A DNA stretch of 41,850 nucleotides from Fistulifera solaris (lineage: Eukaryota), in NCBI GenBank assembly GCA_030295235.1, contig AP026125.1, positions 2,232,001 to 2,273,850 on the forward strand. Direction: 5' to 3'. Shown here piece by piece: positions 12,582 to 24,844 of the stretch. Below the pieces are notes generated by a model. That model saw nothing but the letters and a program-made list of their open reading frames with translations, searched no databases and had not been told where the DNA came from. The first letter of the stretch is position 1; each line of letters opens with the position of its first letter. Made by a program: the position numbers and the translations under genes.

Positions 12582-13098
12582 TGTTATTAACCTCTGAGAT
12601 ATGCGTAGACGATTTACTGAAGAAAGAAAGGCAGAGATGAAGAAAGGCGCTGCATTGGCAATGAAATGCTTGTTGTAGATGCGTCGTTCATGGTCGTTCA
12701 TTTTTTACGTCGTCTTTCGCTTACCTTATCTGTCTGTGCGCCAGTCGGTAAAGTTCCACGTTCGAAGAAAGGGCAGAAGGACAGACAAGGAAAGCAATGA
12801 GTCAGAATGTCTTTTTGGCATCAAGAGTACTAATTATAAAAACGCTTTCATAGAAGTATCTTTTACAAAGTAGAAAGCCATTTTTTGCAGCGAAAAATAG
12901 TTCCGCTCTCAAAAAAATGAAACTCCATCGCGAGAAGAATAATGAATCGCGATCGATCGATCGTACATTCATCGCAAATAAGATCATCATTACAAATAGC
13001 TTAAGCTCTCGCGAAGTATTATTCGCATTTACAACATAAAATATTCAAATGATAACAGAGACGATACCTGGTACGATAATATAGAAAATTTGGAGAGA

Positions 13099-16000
13099 AT
13101 GGCTCCAGAAGAACGGCAATATAAAGACGAAAATGATTTTACAAAACATGCTTCTCATTCAGAGGAAACCTCTCACTTGCACGCGTGGCCCGAAACCTCT
13201 TATATTCAATCGCTTTCCTATTCATACATGAATCATATTCTCAATAAAGGGCAGAAACAATTCAAAAATGATAAACACTTGGAATTAGAGGATTTATATG
13301 CGGTTCCTCCGGACATGGAAGCGGAGCATCTGAGCAATCAATTTTGGTGCGTTTTATTGTGACAAACTCATTTGGAACCGATCAAACAAATTCTCAATTC
13401 AGCTTTTTTAGGAAATACTACAGAGAACATCATTCGTTGTTACGAGCTTTGTGGAAGATTGCTCGAAAATATTACTTTGCAGCTGCAGTTTGGGAAATGT
13501 TGTATATAATCGCTCGAGTGGCGCTTCCTATGGCATTGCGGAGATTATTAATTGTAATTCAAACAGCACAAGAAGGAGAAAGTATTGTAAAAGATGCCCT
13601 GGCTTCTGTCATTGTCATGGCCGTTGCTGGATTTATGGTGGCGCTTTGTCAGGGACGCAGTGTATTTCTGTCGACTCAAGCTGGTATTGCCGTGCGGGCC
13701 GTATTGACGAGCGTCATATACGAACATGCGTTGCAATTGACGCCACGGGGACGCATGGGGCTTACGACAGGTACTATCACTAATATGGTGGCCACAGACT
13801 CGCAGAAATTATACGATGTTTTGCTAGAAGGACAGAATTTGTGGTCTTGCCCGGTGCTCATTATCGTTGTGGCAGTTCTGTTGTGGATGTATATTGGCCC
13901 TGAGCTAGTCTTGGGTATCGTGGTTCTCATTCTCTTTTGCCCATCATTAAAGTCATTGTCGGAACTATGCTTACAATACGGAAAGAACGATCCAAATTGA
14001 CCGACAGACGGATTCAAATCATCACGTCAATGCTACAGGGCATACTCGTAACCAAACTTAATCATTACGAGAAAATGTTGGAATTAGTGTTATGGCAGTT
14101 CGAGATCAAGAAATGAGCTTGTTGTCAAAGGAGTTGCGAATGTGGGGGCTGGTGCTAACAACTGCTGTCTCTTCGCCCATACTGGCATTTGGTGTTGCTA
14201 TTACCTTCTTTGTTTTATCTGCAAATAACAATATACTACAGCCGTCTGATGCTTTTTCGGCCCTGCTCTTCTTTTCGATTTTGCGGTTCCCCGTTAACTT
14301 AGCAGCACGCTTAGTGGGGAAAGCGGCCCAGGCGTTGGACTCGATACGACGCATTGATCGTTTTTTGCAACGGGACACACGAAAGGAGATTTCTAATTTG
14401 ATGAATGAGCAAGACAACCACGAACAAGCCGACGACATATTGCTACGAGTCCAGAACGGTCATTTTATTCTTCAGCCCGAAGGTGCGGCTATTACGACCA
14501 CAGCGCCGACTTCATTGGATAAGCAGCAAAAGAAACAAGGTCACGGCTTCGAACGACCGTTCATGGAGGCGATGCCGCCGTTTCAATTACAGAACATTGA
14601 CTTGCAGGTGAGAAAAGGACAGTTGGTCGTCGTGGTCGGGCGCATTGGATCAGGAAAATCGACACTTCTGAAAGCTTTGCTCGGTGAATTACCATCCGAT
14701 GACTCTGTCCGAATTCGTGGGACGTTATCGTATGCTTCACAAGAGCCGTTTATTATGAATGCCTCTTTTCGAGAGAACATATGTTTCGGAAACGAGTACG
14801 ACAAAGTGCGCTACGAGGAAGTTATTGATGCCACCGATCTGCGTCCGGATATCGCGCGTTTAGGGGCTTCTGGCGACCTGTCGCAGATCGGAGAAAGGGG
14901 TGTCACACTTTCCGGTGGACAGAAGCAGCGAGTTGCATTGGCTCGTGCAATTTACGCGAATGCAACTCTCGCTCTGCTAGATGATTGTTTTTCGGCATTG
15001 GATCCCAGTACGGCTCGGCGCGTGTTCGATTCATTATTTCGCGCCAAACATGGCATTTTGCGTCGGGGTGGGTCGATATTAGTGACGCACGCTTTGCACT
15101 TTCTTACTCAAGCGGATCTGATATTAATTCTAGAACAAGGTTCACCTATATTTCTGGGAACATTTGAAGAATTGCGGGAGCTCGAGACGAAGTCGGAGAG
15201 CGTGGAAACGTCGATGGTTGAGCAGATTCAAGATGCGTCTCAGGATATGGTGGCGCACTTGCACCATCATGGCGTGACCGAACGGGATGGTGTCATCATG
15301 ACAATCGAAGAACGTGAATATGGGAAAGCAGGATATGCAATTTGGGTCGAGTGGGCTAGGAATGCTGGTGGCTGGTCATTTATTCTTTCTCAGACGCTTT
15401 TTCTCTGCTTGGACCGGGGTATTTACGTTGCAGGTGACTGGTGGATTGCGCTCTGGTCGCAGGGGTGGCAAGATGGGGTGTCGGTTTTTGGTATGGACTT
15501 TCCACCACAGACCGATGGCGACGAAGCACAGGTGCAATATGTGTGTATCTATCTTTGCATCATTACACTTTCTGTTTTGGCGACATTGCTCCGCTCTCTT
15601 TGGGCCAGTAAGTTATCATTCGTTTGCGTTTACAAATGTTCTAGGTAGGTTTGATGCTCATTTCTAACGATATTCACACAGTGTCTGCTGGTGCACAATG
15701 CGCAAAACAAATGTTTCGAGTTATGACTCAGCGTGTCCTTCGGGCACCAATGTTCTTTTCCAAACGACTCCGATGGGTAGAATCGTGAACCGTTTTACTT
15801 ACGATGTCGAGGTTATGGATGTAGAGCTTTCAGTGGCCATGACCGGATTGATGATGTCGTCCAGTTGGCTTTTGTCATCTATAGTCGTCATGGTGCGTAT
15901 CGAAGATGCGTGTGCGCTAATCTTTTGTCGACTGTCTCTCAATCGCTTTTGCAGGCTGTGGTACTGCCATGGATTTTGATCCCACTGGCTCCTGTGACTT

Positions 16001-17354
16001 TAATTTATATTTACACACAGTCGTACTACCGTATGAGCGGCCCGGATCTGCAGCGATTGGATGCAATATCGCGTAGTCCCATCCAAGCTAGTCTTGCTGA
16101 AGGTACGACTGAATATGTTCGAAAGACCACCGTCACTCGGTTGATCTCATTTTCGTAAATCTATATCTCCGCAGGTCTCGAGGGAGCTCATATCATTCGT
16201 GCATATAGAAAAGAGCTACGATTCGCGGCATCTTTTCGTCATTTGGTCAATCGCAATAGCGCCGCTATGATGAATTTTCTGGCGGGACAACGTTGGTTGG
16301 GCTTCCGCATTGAAATCATGGGTGCCTCGGTTACCACAGCGTGTTCACTCATTATTATTCTCGCGAATGATATGCTGAATATCAACGCAGGTATGGTGGG
16401 CCTGTTGCTGCAGTGGTCTATAGTATTCACGTCGGCGTTAAATTTCTTTTTTCTACGCTTGACGGATTCAGAAGCCAGACTTACAAGTATTGAACGAATC
16501 TACAACACTAGTCAGTTGGACAGCGAAGCCGCGTGGGAAACGGACGCTTCCGTCACTGTTTTAGACACGTTATGGCCGCAGCACGGCGAACTTGAATTCG
16601 ATAATGTTTGCATGCGTTATCGTACCGATCTCCCTTTGGCATTGAACTCGGTTTCGTTCAAATTAAAAGCGAAAAGTCGCTGCGGAATCATAGGGCGCAC
16701 AGGATCTGGTAAGACCTCATTGATAGCGTCAATTTTCCGTATCACAGAGGTTGAATCCGGGCGAATTTTACTGGACGGCGTTGATTTATCCAAAATTGGT
16801 TTGACGGATGTTCGAGGCCGTGACTGAGAGTTATCCCACAGGACCCAGTACTTTATGCAGGTACACTTCGAGACTGCATCGATCCTTTTCATTTATGTGC
16901 AGATGATGAGATAATTTTCGAGGCACTGATGGCTGTAAAGCATCAGGGTGCTTCGGAACGGGGACTAGCTACTTTGAATGACAGCATTGAAGAAGGCGGT
17001 TCGAATTTAAGTGCTGGTGAACGGCAGTTGCTTTGCTTAGCGAGAGCTATTGTGGAAAAGCCTCGAGTGTTGATTCTGGACGAAGCAACTGCTAGCATTG
17101 ATTCATCGACTGACTCTTTTATGCAAGATATGCTGCGCACACGCTTCAATGATACCACTTTAATGACCATTGCTCATCGCCTTCACACAGTAATTGATTA
17201 TGACAAAGTGCTTGTAATGGATAATGGCCGTGTGGCTCAATTTGGTGCTCCGAAAGAGTTGCTCAGGGACAAGAAAGGAATTTTTGCATCTCTTGTGGAT
17301 TCGTCAGGACCCGAAACAGCTCAAGAGCTACGAGCTATTGCCGAGCAGCATTAA
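13099..17354 (+). CDS. ABCC/MRP-family full-size ABC transporter (TMD-NBD-TMD-NBD); about 4 introns and several frameshifts
   Basis: NBD1: GRIGSGKS, IGERGVTLSGGQKQRVALARA, LLDD. NBD2: GRTGSGKT, NLSAGERQLLCLARA, ILDEATAS, TIAHRL. Also 'LELEDLY' and 'TTPMGRIVNRFTYD', typical of ABCC. Confidence 0.93.
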
Positions 17355-17555
17355 GATTTCTCATATACTATGAGTATTGATTCATAAATACACTCTCAAT
17401 CAGCGAATTATAGAGAATAAAATAGTAAATGATTTATTTCATTCTTGCAGTACTCCGGAGTAATTGCTAATACTATAGACATAGCGGTCCACGATTACCG
17501 GGACTGAAATGTTGATTCACAGGAAGGGGCACCGCCGTTCGCCGTTAAGCCTTTT

Positions 17556-18013
17556 GGACTAATGTCTTAGGCCAGCACTAAAATTTCCACAGGGCCCCAT
17601 ACCAGCACTTTTCGACCCTCCGCGCTACTCTGGTTAATAAATACACCACGATCATTAAGAAGATCGCAATTTTACTATCTACACCTCAAGCAAGATCTAA
17701 TAGACAACGTGAGCTAGCTTTTTTTTACATTTTTGCTTTGAGTTCGTAGATGCGCTTAGCTAAAGCGCCGACGGTCAATTTTCGATCTTTAACGTTTGTA
17801 GAGCAACCAAATCACCAATACGTAGAATTTTTGCCGGATTATAAGTATTTATTGTCCATTATCCGTCTCTGTGCTAATAATTAATGGTAATTCTGATTTT
17901 CATTTTATATTGATGGAGTAATGATCATTCGCAAGTCGATGCCCTTAATTTTTGCTAAAAGTGCTGGTATGGGGCCCTGTGGAAATTTTAGTGCTGGCCT
18001 ACGACATTAGTCC
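17556..18013. mobile_element. Non-autonomous Mutator (MULE)-like MITE, 458 bp
   Basis: 57-bp terminal inverted repeats (17556-17612 / 17957-18013, one mismatch, starting GGACTAATGTC) flanked by a perfect 10-bp direct repeat TAAGCCTTTT (17546-17555, 18014-18023). AT-rich non-coding interior. Confidence 0.92.
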
Positions 18014-18130
18014 TAAGCCTTTTACTATTCATTCATTCGCATTCATCAATCAACAAAGAAATGCTTTCATGCTTTCGCTACCAGGTATATCCCTGCTTTA
18101 TCGACGACTATATTCATTGATATTGATACA

Positions 18131-19196
18131 ATGACGACATATTGGAAGCCTTCTATTGGCTCGACGGTACGAGCCAAACTACCCAATAACAGCAAAAGGA
18201 AACATCGTGCAATTATCGCGGACTCCGAGAATGATCGATTTCTGTTGTTGTGGGAGGAAATTCATTGTCAGCAAACTTCATATTCTCTCAATTTGCCCGA
18301 TTACTGGTGCTCTTATCAAGATATTGAGCCTTTGCTTGCTTTTTGAAGAGCCCACAAGGCCGATCGAGGGAGATTTCGCCCAACACAAAACGTACGGAGA
18401 TCAGCTGCTCACTTTAGGAGATGCGGCGTCCGCGATTCGGCATTACGAAAGTGCGTTGCAATCAGTGCGACTGGAAATCGGATGCAGTATTTTACTAGAA
18501 GAAGTAGGAAAAAAGAAATCATCGTCCGTATTCCGACGAGCTGAAGTGGATTGCATTGAAGATGATGGTAGTTTAGATGTAACTATCCTTCCGTGTGGCT
18601 CTGAGAAAACGGTTAACGTCAGTCAAATTGCCTTAATAATTCTCGAATCCGATCCAGAAGCACTTCAAGTACGTTCTCTTTTGAACTGTGCCCGTTGCTG
18701 TCTCCAAATAGCGGAAGTTTCGTCGGAGATCAAATCAAAATTTACGCAACGAGCTCTTCACTTCTGCTCGCTATGTATCATGCTATTATTGGATGATAAC
18801 GACGCCAAGGGAATAGCCGATAGCACGTATTTACAGACAGCCTTTCTGCTCCGAAGCCAAGCTTTTGCCGATAAGCATCAGTATGATGCCGCTCTGTCAG
18901 ATACATCCGCATTATTGCAGTTGGATCCTGATAATGAGGTTGGACGAAGAAGAGTCAATCTATATAAACGAAAAAAGGAAGAATTAAAGACAAATGAAAA
19001 GAGACTTGTCAAAGCTATGTGTGGATACATACAACAAGCCACAAATGGGGTGAGTGCACTAGAAGATCAGGTTGCTAGTGAAAAGCTTCGGCAGGACGGA
19101 ACTGACAACAAAGTCGAGCATGCCCTGCAAGGCCCTTTCTGGATTGTGTGTCTAATAATTGCCATTTTTGCTTGGATAATACAGAAAAGTATTTGA
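18131..19196 (+). CDS. TPR-like protein with a C-terminal transmembrane tail anchor; frameshift near 18280-18345
   Basis: TPR-like helices 'HKTYGDQLLTLGDAASAIRHYESAL' and 'AFLLRSQAFADKHQYDAALSDTSALLQLDPDN'; hydrophobic C-terminus FWIVCLIIAIFAWII. The N-terminal part is in ORF 18131..18346. Confidence 0.65.
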
Positions 19197-19393
19197 GATG
19201 ACATTGGCTACAGCTCATGAAGTTGTTCGAAACTTGAAATTCAACCACATTCGAATGCGGTCACAAAAAGCGCCAGGAATCTAAAATAGATTGATTGTAC
19301 GCTTTAGTCCTTTTACTTTTTCTGGTTTAAAATTATCGAGACAGGAATATTGTTATGTCAACGAGTGATTAAGAATAATCGATTCTGGTTTTA

Positions 19394-20820
19394 TTATTCC
19401 TCCAATAGGTTCGAAACCACGTCGAGAAAAGCCGGTACGTCTTCTTCAAAGGGATCATGTCCCATATCTTCCATGGCCACAATGCGAACCGAAGGAAAGT
19501 CCTTTAAAAAGCCTCGAATACGATTCTCGGGGACAACTTTATCTTTGGACCCGACCACAACATCCACTTTGATTCCCCTGTCTAAAATAGCTTGCAACAG
19601 TTCACCATCAGACTTATCACCTGGTAAAAGTTGAGCAGACGAAAAGCCAATAAAACCTTTTTCCCAACCTTTCCCAATGGAAGGCCACTGAAAGCGAAGA
19701 ACGTCACTATTCTTGACACGAAGAGGATTGCCCCACGCCAATTGCAGACCTTTGCGCCAAAAGCCAGGATTACCTACCAGTCGCCGCAATGCGTATGACA
19801 GAATCGCTTGTAAGATTGCGACTGGAAAAGCCAACAGCGCGTTGTTTATCTCTTTGAGTCTTGTCAAATAGGCAGCAGCTGATGCTGGTCGATGCAAGCG
19901 TCTACGAGGATATCCATTCATACCATTCTTTTGCCCTGGCTTGGGAACGCGGGACAAACCCAACGAGGGTGCGACGAGAATGACGCGTGCCTCCATGTCT
20001 GGAGGTAAGTCCAAGGCCATTCGCATAGTAGTGATTGAGCCCATGGAGTGTCCGAGGAGTAAAACACTTTTCGGAGCCCGCGATTGCAATACAGACAAAC
20101 CCAGTTTGGCGGTAGCCTTTAAGGTGAAATCGTCCTTGCTTGATGGTCGGTCCGTGAAACCAAATCCAGCCGCATCATGTCCTAGAACCACGCGAGCCCT
20201 CGCTTTTTCTGCCAAGCCAGGAATGGCCGGCAACCACGACAAGGAGGACGCCCCAAAACCATGATTGACATAGAGACAATCCCACTTGGCTGGTTGTTTT
20301 GTGTTGTCGTACTCCAAGAAATGAATGCCTGCCGTTCGATCGTCGATTTGAAATTTCTCGTATCTTGATAACTTTGATGGTAAAAAGTACTGTTGCAAAG
20401 AGTATCGATGGAAATACGCGACGGCGGCAAGAACAAGTCCTGCATTAGAAGCGTCGTGAATGTCCAGAGGATGACAGTCTTTACAAGAAACGAGACAATT
20501 GCTTTCCAGTTTCGACGATATACTGCTGCAAATAATCTCCATTGGATCAAATTTGGGTTTGAAAATGTCGTCAATGCCGCGGTTGCAGCGGAAAAGAGAG
20601 CAACAGCGATGCTTGCAGGTCCAGGAAGATCACGATACGCCGGATGCAAATCGGAGGGAAATTCATACAAATTGGGTTCCTCCGGATGAGAAACAGGAGC
20701 TACAGCTTCTGTACCTGCTTTTATGTCATCAGAAAACGAGGAAGAAGAAGACGACATGCTTAATCGACTGCTAGGTGCCGTCGGAGTCGTCGTCTTTTGG
20801 CTGGGAGGAGCGATTTGCAT
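19394..20820 (-). CDS. Alpha/beta-fold hydrolase with N-terminal hydrophobic segments; frameshift near 20400; start codon uncertain
   Basis: NHGFGAS oxyanion motif, DAAGFGFTDRP, GHSMG nucleophile elbow, GSKDKVVP acid and MGHDPFEE catalytic His. Confidence 0.85.
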
Positions 20821-21791
20821 TTGCTTTTCGTACGGCAGCTTCAATAGCTTCAGCGGAGAAAAAGCCAGCAAAATCAATATGATTAGCGTCGTTGTTACTG
20901 TTGGGGTTCGAACAGAATTCACACATGTCTTTGTGCTGTCATTACTTGTGTGAGAAATGATGATGCGCTCTATCGTCGTTTCGCGTGTTTGCAATTGCAA
21001 TTGCGACGATGATGAGTGTGCAATGTGCGGGTCTGTTTTTCTGTTGGAGGGCCGCGAACGCGAATGCGGGTAGTAATACTAACAGAATTCCCGTCTGACG
21101 AAACCAAGTGTTGTCCAGATCTTCTGGAAAAAGCTCACTTTCGTAAGGTTAGGGAAATCTATCGAAAGAGGACACCCGGAGATTTCGTAATTTCGATCAC
21201 ACCATGTTTCGCGTCATTTGGACACCAATGTCAACAAAACTATGCCCAACAAAACTAAGACGAGCCGTGCATCAATCATTGTCGTTTGTCGTTTGTCGTT
21301 GAATGGACAGTGAAACACAACAAAACAAATAGATTCGACGCTTCCAGTGTCTACGTGTAATGCACGTAGCCTCCGTGGGAAATTTATCTCTGTAGGGGAA
21401 CCCGGAGTTGTAGCGTTCACCATCATCCAAAGCTTGGGTTTCCTGTGCAAAGATGTCAACGTTTTCAAGCGCATTATTTTGACATCGTATCATACAGCAA
21501 TAACCGCCATCGATTCGAAATCAAAACGTTGATGGAACAAAAGATGCAAAGCATCGAATGCCTACGTAATTTCACGTAGCTCTCGTAAGGAAATTTATCG
21601 ACAAAGGGGAATCCGGATATTGTGTAATTTCGATCACACCTTTTTTCGCGTCTAGACTAATTTTGCGGAGAGGTAAGACCTACATCTCTTACTGATATGA
21701 GGAAGTGCGACTTTGCGTAACATTTCGAAATTCTCCACCTAGAGAGGATAAAAAAGTTACTCCGTATACGGTAACTCAAAAAATTTAGCTT

Positions 21792-23567
21792 CTAGTCCCA
21801 TTCGCCATCGCCAATCAATTCGGACGAATCGGGCACGCCAGCGGGTTTGCTATCTTCTTCGTCTTTAAACCTTGAATCATCTCCAGTTTCTGTGTCGATT
21901 GATCTGCGTGAGCTGTCTTCATCGTCTTGAGCCACCGCTTCTCCATCAATAGCCACGTCCTTTTCCAATTCATTCAAGTCCTGTACCGGAACTATAATGT
22001 TGGCGTCAAATCGTTCGACATCATCATCACTCTTGAGCTCCGGTGGAGCCACATAATGTGGCAAGCGTCCTCGTTGGTAATCATTGATCATTTGAACTGC
22101 GGCTGTGCGAGTGCACGGGTCACCACCTTTGCGCAATCGTCCGGCTCGCTTGGCAATCATTTCTAGCAGTTCAGTTGAACTCTCCCAATCTTCTGTCAGC
22201 TTGTACTGCCCTTTAATGTATTCGGGTTTCACATTCTCTAGAATAGTATCAATGAATTCATCCGGGTGTTCCAATCGTTCAGCACGTACAACGCCCTTGA
22301 GAACGGAATCGGTTTCGGTGTCACCAGCCGTATCAACAACAACTCCTGGGCAATCGATCAAGCTAATGCGCTTGAACAGGCTGACATATTGCCAAATCTT
22401 CGTTTCTCCTGGGACTGGGGCCACCTTGCAAGATTTTTGTGAGATAAGCGTGTTGATGACACTACTTTTGCCAACATTCGGATAGCCAATGACCCCCACC
22501 GCAATTTCCTTTTTATCCGAATGCAGTTTTCCAAATTGACGCAACAAGCTAATGAGAGCTCCTTTACCAAAGGCGTGCGTCAGCGATGCGTGAAACGCAA
22601 TGGTCGGTCTCGATTTCGCTAATTCGCCCAACCAACGCTTCGCTACCCAACTAGGTACCAGGTCGATCTTGTTGAGCACAAAGACTAAGTGCTTGTGACT
22701 AGCATGCTTGGCGATGTGTTTCTCAATCATCGTGCACCTTGTTCCAGGTACATTTCGTGCGTCAATCACGTGTAGAATAACGTCCGACGAGTCCACCACT
22801 TTGAAGAATTCTCCCCAAATACGCTTGGATTGACCTTTCAAGAACAAATCATCTTTTCGCTCCGGTCTCCAGTCGGGTCGGTCGGTCATGATCTGGTGAT
22901 CCTTACCCCAGGGTACAATATCGTCGCGGTTGTTAATTTCCTCGTAGGTGTCATGGGACTTTTGCGCTGTTTGCAACAGGGTCGAGTAATCCATCCGGGA
23001 CTGCACAGGCGTCTCGGCTTTCCCAGTCTCTGTGCTTTTCTGATCTAGATTTTTGACGTCAGAGCGAGCAACAAATAGCTGATCCAGTTTAACGCGTTTT
23101 CTCCTGGAGCTGTGCGAAAACGCTTGCTCAAATGGTTCCTGTTCGAGAAGCGCGCGTTTGTTCTGTGTCGAGTATTCTGCCGCTTCTTTCAATAATCCTA
23201 ACGGCACTTTGTGTCTCTTAAGAACAACACTGTAGGGATCACTTTGTTGCTCAAGCATACTGGTCCGAAATGCATCTAATTGTTGCGGATCAACCACACG
23301 CGTATTACCAAACCATCTTCGATCAGGTTGAATACGTCCTGTTGCGGCGGTGATTTCTCGATCACCCGCCCGCGTATCCATCATGTGCGATCCGGCAACA
23401 ATCTTTCCCTTCTTATCACGAATAGCTTTCCCATTTGAATACATTTTCAAGCGTTGAATGGCTTCGGCTGAGCGTGTCGTAGAACTAGAATTTTCTTTCT
23501 GTTTTACGCGGCCTTTGCCGAGTTTACTAGCGGCGCCAGTCTTTGGCAAACGATTGGTTCGTTTCAT
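21792..23567 (-). CDS. NOG2: Nucleolar GTP-binding protein 2 (NOG2/GNL2), circularly permuted GTPase
   Basis: NGP1NT region (RIQPDRRWFGNTRVV, KGQSKRIWGEFFKVVDSSDV), NKIDL, GYPNVGKSSVIN, DCPG. Intact 591-aa ORF. Confidence 0.97.
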   Translation of the reverse strand: MKRTNRLPKTGAASKLGKGRVKQKENSSSTTRSAEAIQRLKMYSNGKAIRDKKGKIVAGSHMMDTRAGDREITAATGRIQPDRRWFGNTRVVDPQQLDAFRTSMLEQQSDPYSVVLKRHKVPLGLLKEAAEYSTQNKRALLEQEPFEQAFSHSSRRKRVKLDQLFVARSDVKNLDQKSTETGKAETPVQSRMDYSTLLQTAQKSHDTYEEINNRDDIVPWGKDHQIMTDRPDWRPERKDDLFLKGQSKRIWGEFFKVVDSSDVILHVIDARNVPGTRCTMIEKHIAKHASHKHLVFVLNKIDLVPSWVAKRWLGELAKSRPTIAFHASLTHAFGKGALISLLRQFGKLHSDKKEIAVGVIGYPNVGKSSVINTLISQKSCKVAPVPGETKIWQYVSLFKRISLIDCPGVVVDTAGDTETDSVLKGVVRAERLEHPDEFIDTILENVKPEYIKGQYKLTEDWESSTELLEMIAKRAGRLRKGGDPCTRTAAVQMINDYQRGRLPHYVAPPELKSDDDVERFDANIIVPVQDLNELEKDVAIDGEAVAQDDEDSSRRSIDTETGDDSRFKDEEDSKPAGVPDSSELIGDGEWD

Positions 23568-24035
23568 CGACGAAGACGTGATTGTTTTCGATAAGTTAGT
23601 TGACTATGAATCTCGTTTTGCGGCTACTTTGCAAGATGATTATCTTTTTCCTTGTTTCTCTCTTTCGCCCCGACAAAGATGCGGAAAAAATTGATTGGCA
23701 GCGAAGAGCGCGGCGAAATGCGAAATTCATGTTGTTTGCGCGATCGTTTGGGCGACGACCGATTTCCTTCACCAGTGTAAACTTTGATGTAGCCTCCCAA
23801 AGCCCGGTGTGACATTGTGTCTACATTTTGCTTCACACAAAGAACGCCGGTCGTTGGAACCATTTCGAAAGTGCGCAAGTCGTGGTGTGACGTGTGACTT
23901 CCCTTTTTCCTTCATCTCATTTCCAAGAAAATAACACGCTCATTTCTCATTATTTACTTGCACTTTCAACACTCCGTTCCTCGTATACATTTCAAAGCCT
24001 TAAAGTTTCAAAGCATCAAATCATAAATAATAATC

Positions 24036-24844
24036 ATGTCGAAGCAGCAATATTTGTACATTATCCGTCACGGCGATCGTTGGGATTACGAGAATCGTGA
24101 CTGGACTTCCTCGCGATCCGGTGATCCCCCATTGAGCTTGCTAGGGCATGTACAAGCTCGAGAAACCGGTGCATTCTTACAACAGGACTTTATGCAGCGG
24201 CAACATCGACTTGAAGACATTACCTTCTTGGTTTCTCCTTTCCTTAGAACTATACAAACTGCGAATGAAATCATCGACCAACTCGGTCGCATGCCGTCTG
24301 ACAACGCAACGACACTATCGCGCGTCAAAATACTGCCCGAATATAGTATTTTCGAATGGGATGGACACAATGGTGAATGGCATGCGTGCTTACCATCGAT
24401 GCAAGAGCGGGTGCATTACTTTCCAAGAATTGATCCCACACATCACAGCTTGTTCGTGCCGGAATTGCCGGAACCAAAATCCATGTTCCGAAATAGATGC
24501 AAAAAGCAGCCGATTTGCTCATGAAGCAATATCCTGTAGAGCGATATCCCGTTTTGGTACTAATCACACATGCTGCAGGTTGTGTGGGACTTTCGTCCGC
24601 GACTAGTGATAGTCCATTAGAAGCCATAACTCCAGCTGCTCCGTGCGGTATTTACCGGTTAACACGATCGTCATCACAGTCTCTATGGACGTTGCCATCA
24701 CACGATGATATGTGGAATGGACATACCGATCACTTGTCGGATATTGGACGCCATACGACACCTTGGAATCATTTTGGAGATAAAAAATCGACGAATTTGG
24801 GCTACACTGGTCCACCAAACAGTCGTTTTGCACCAGCTCCTTGA
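24036..24844 (+). CDS. Histidine phosphatase (phosphoglycerate mutase-like) family protein; frameshift at an A-run near 24500
   Basis: IIRHGDR, DPPLS, SPFLRTIQTA and second-His motif LITHAAG across ORFs 24036..24524 and 24497..24844. Confidence 0.88.

Noticed and set aside
21147..21154. GGTTAGGG as an interstitial telomere
   Set aside because: Barely more than one unit; expected by chance.
21141..21652. Spaced repeats as a CRISPR-like array
   Set aside because: Repeats are too long and diverged, spacers are ~140 bp, the context is eukaryotic and there are no cas-like genes.
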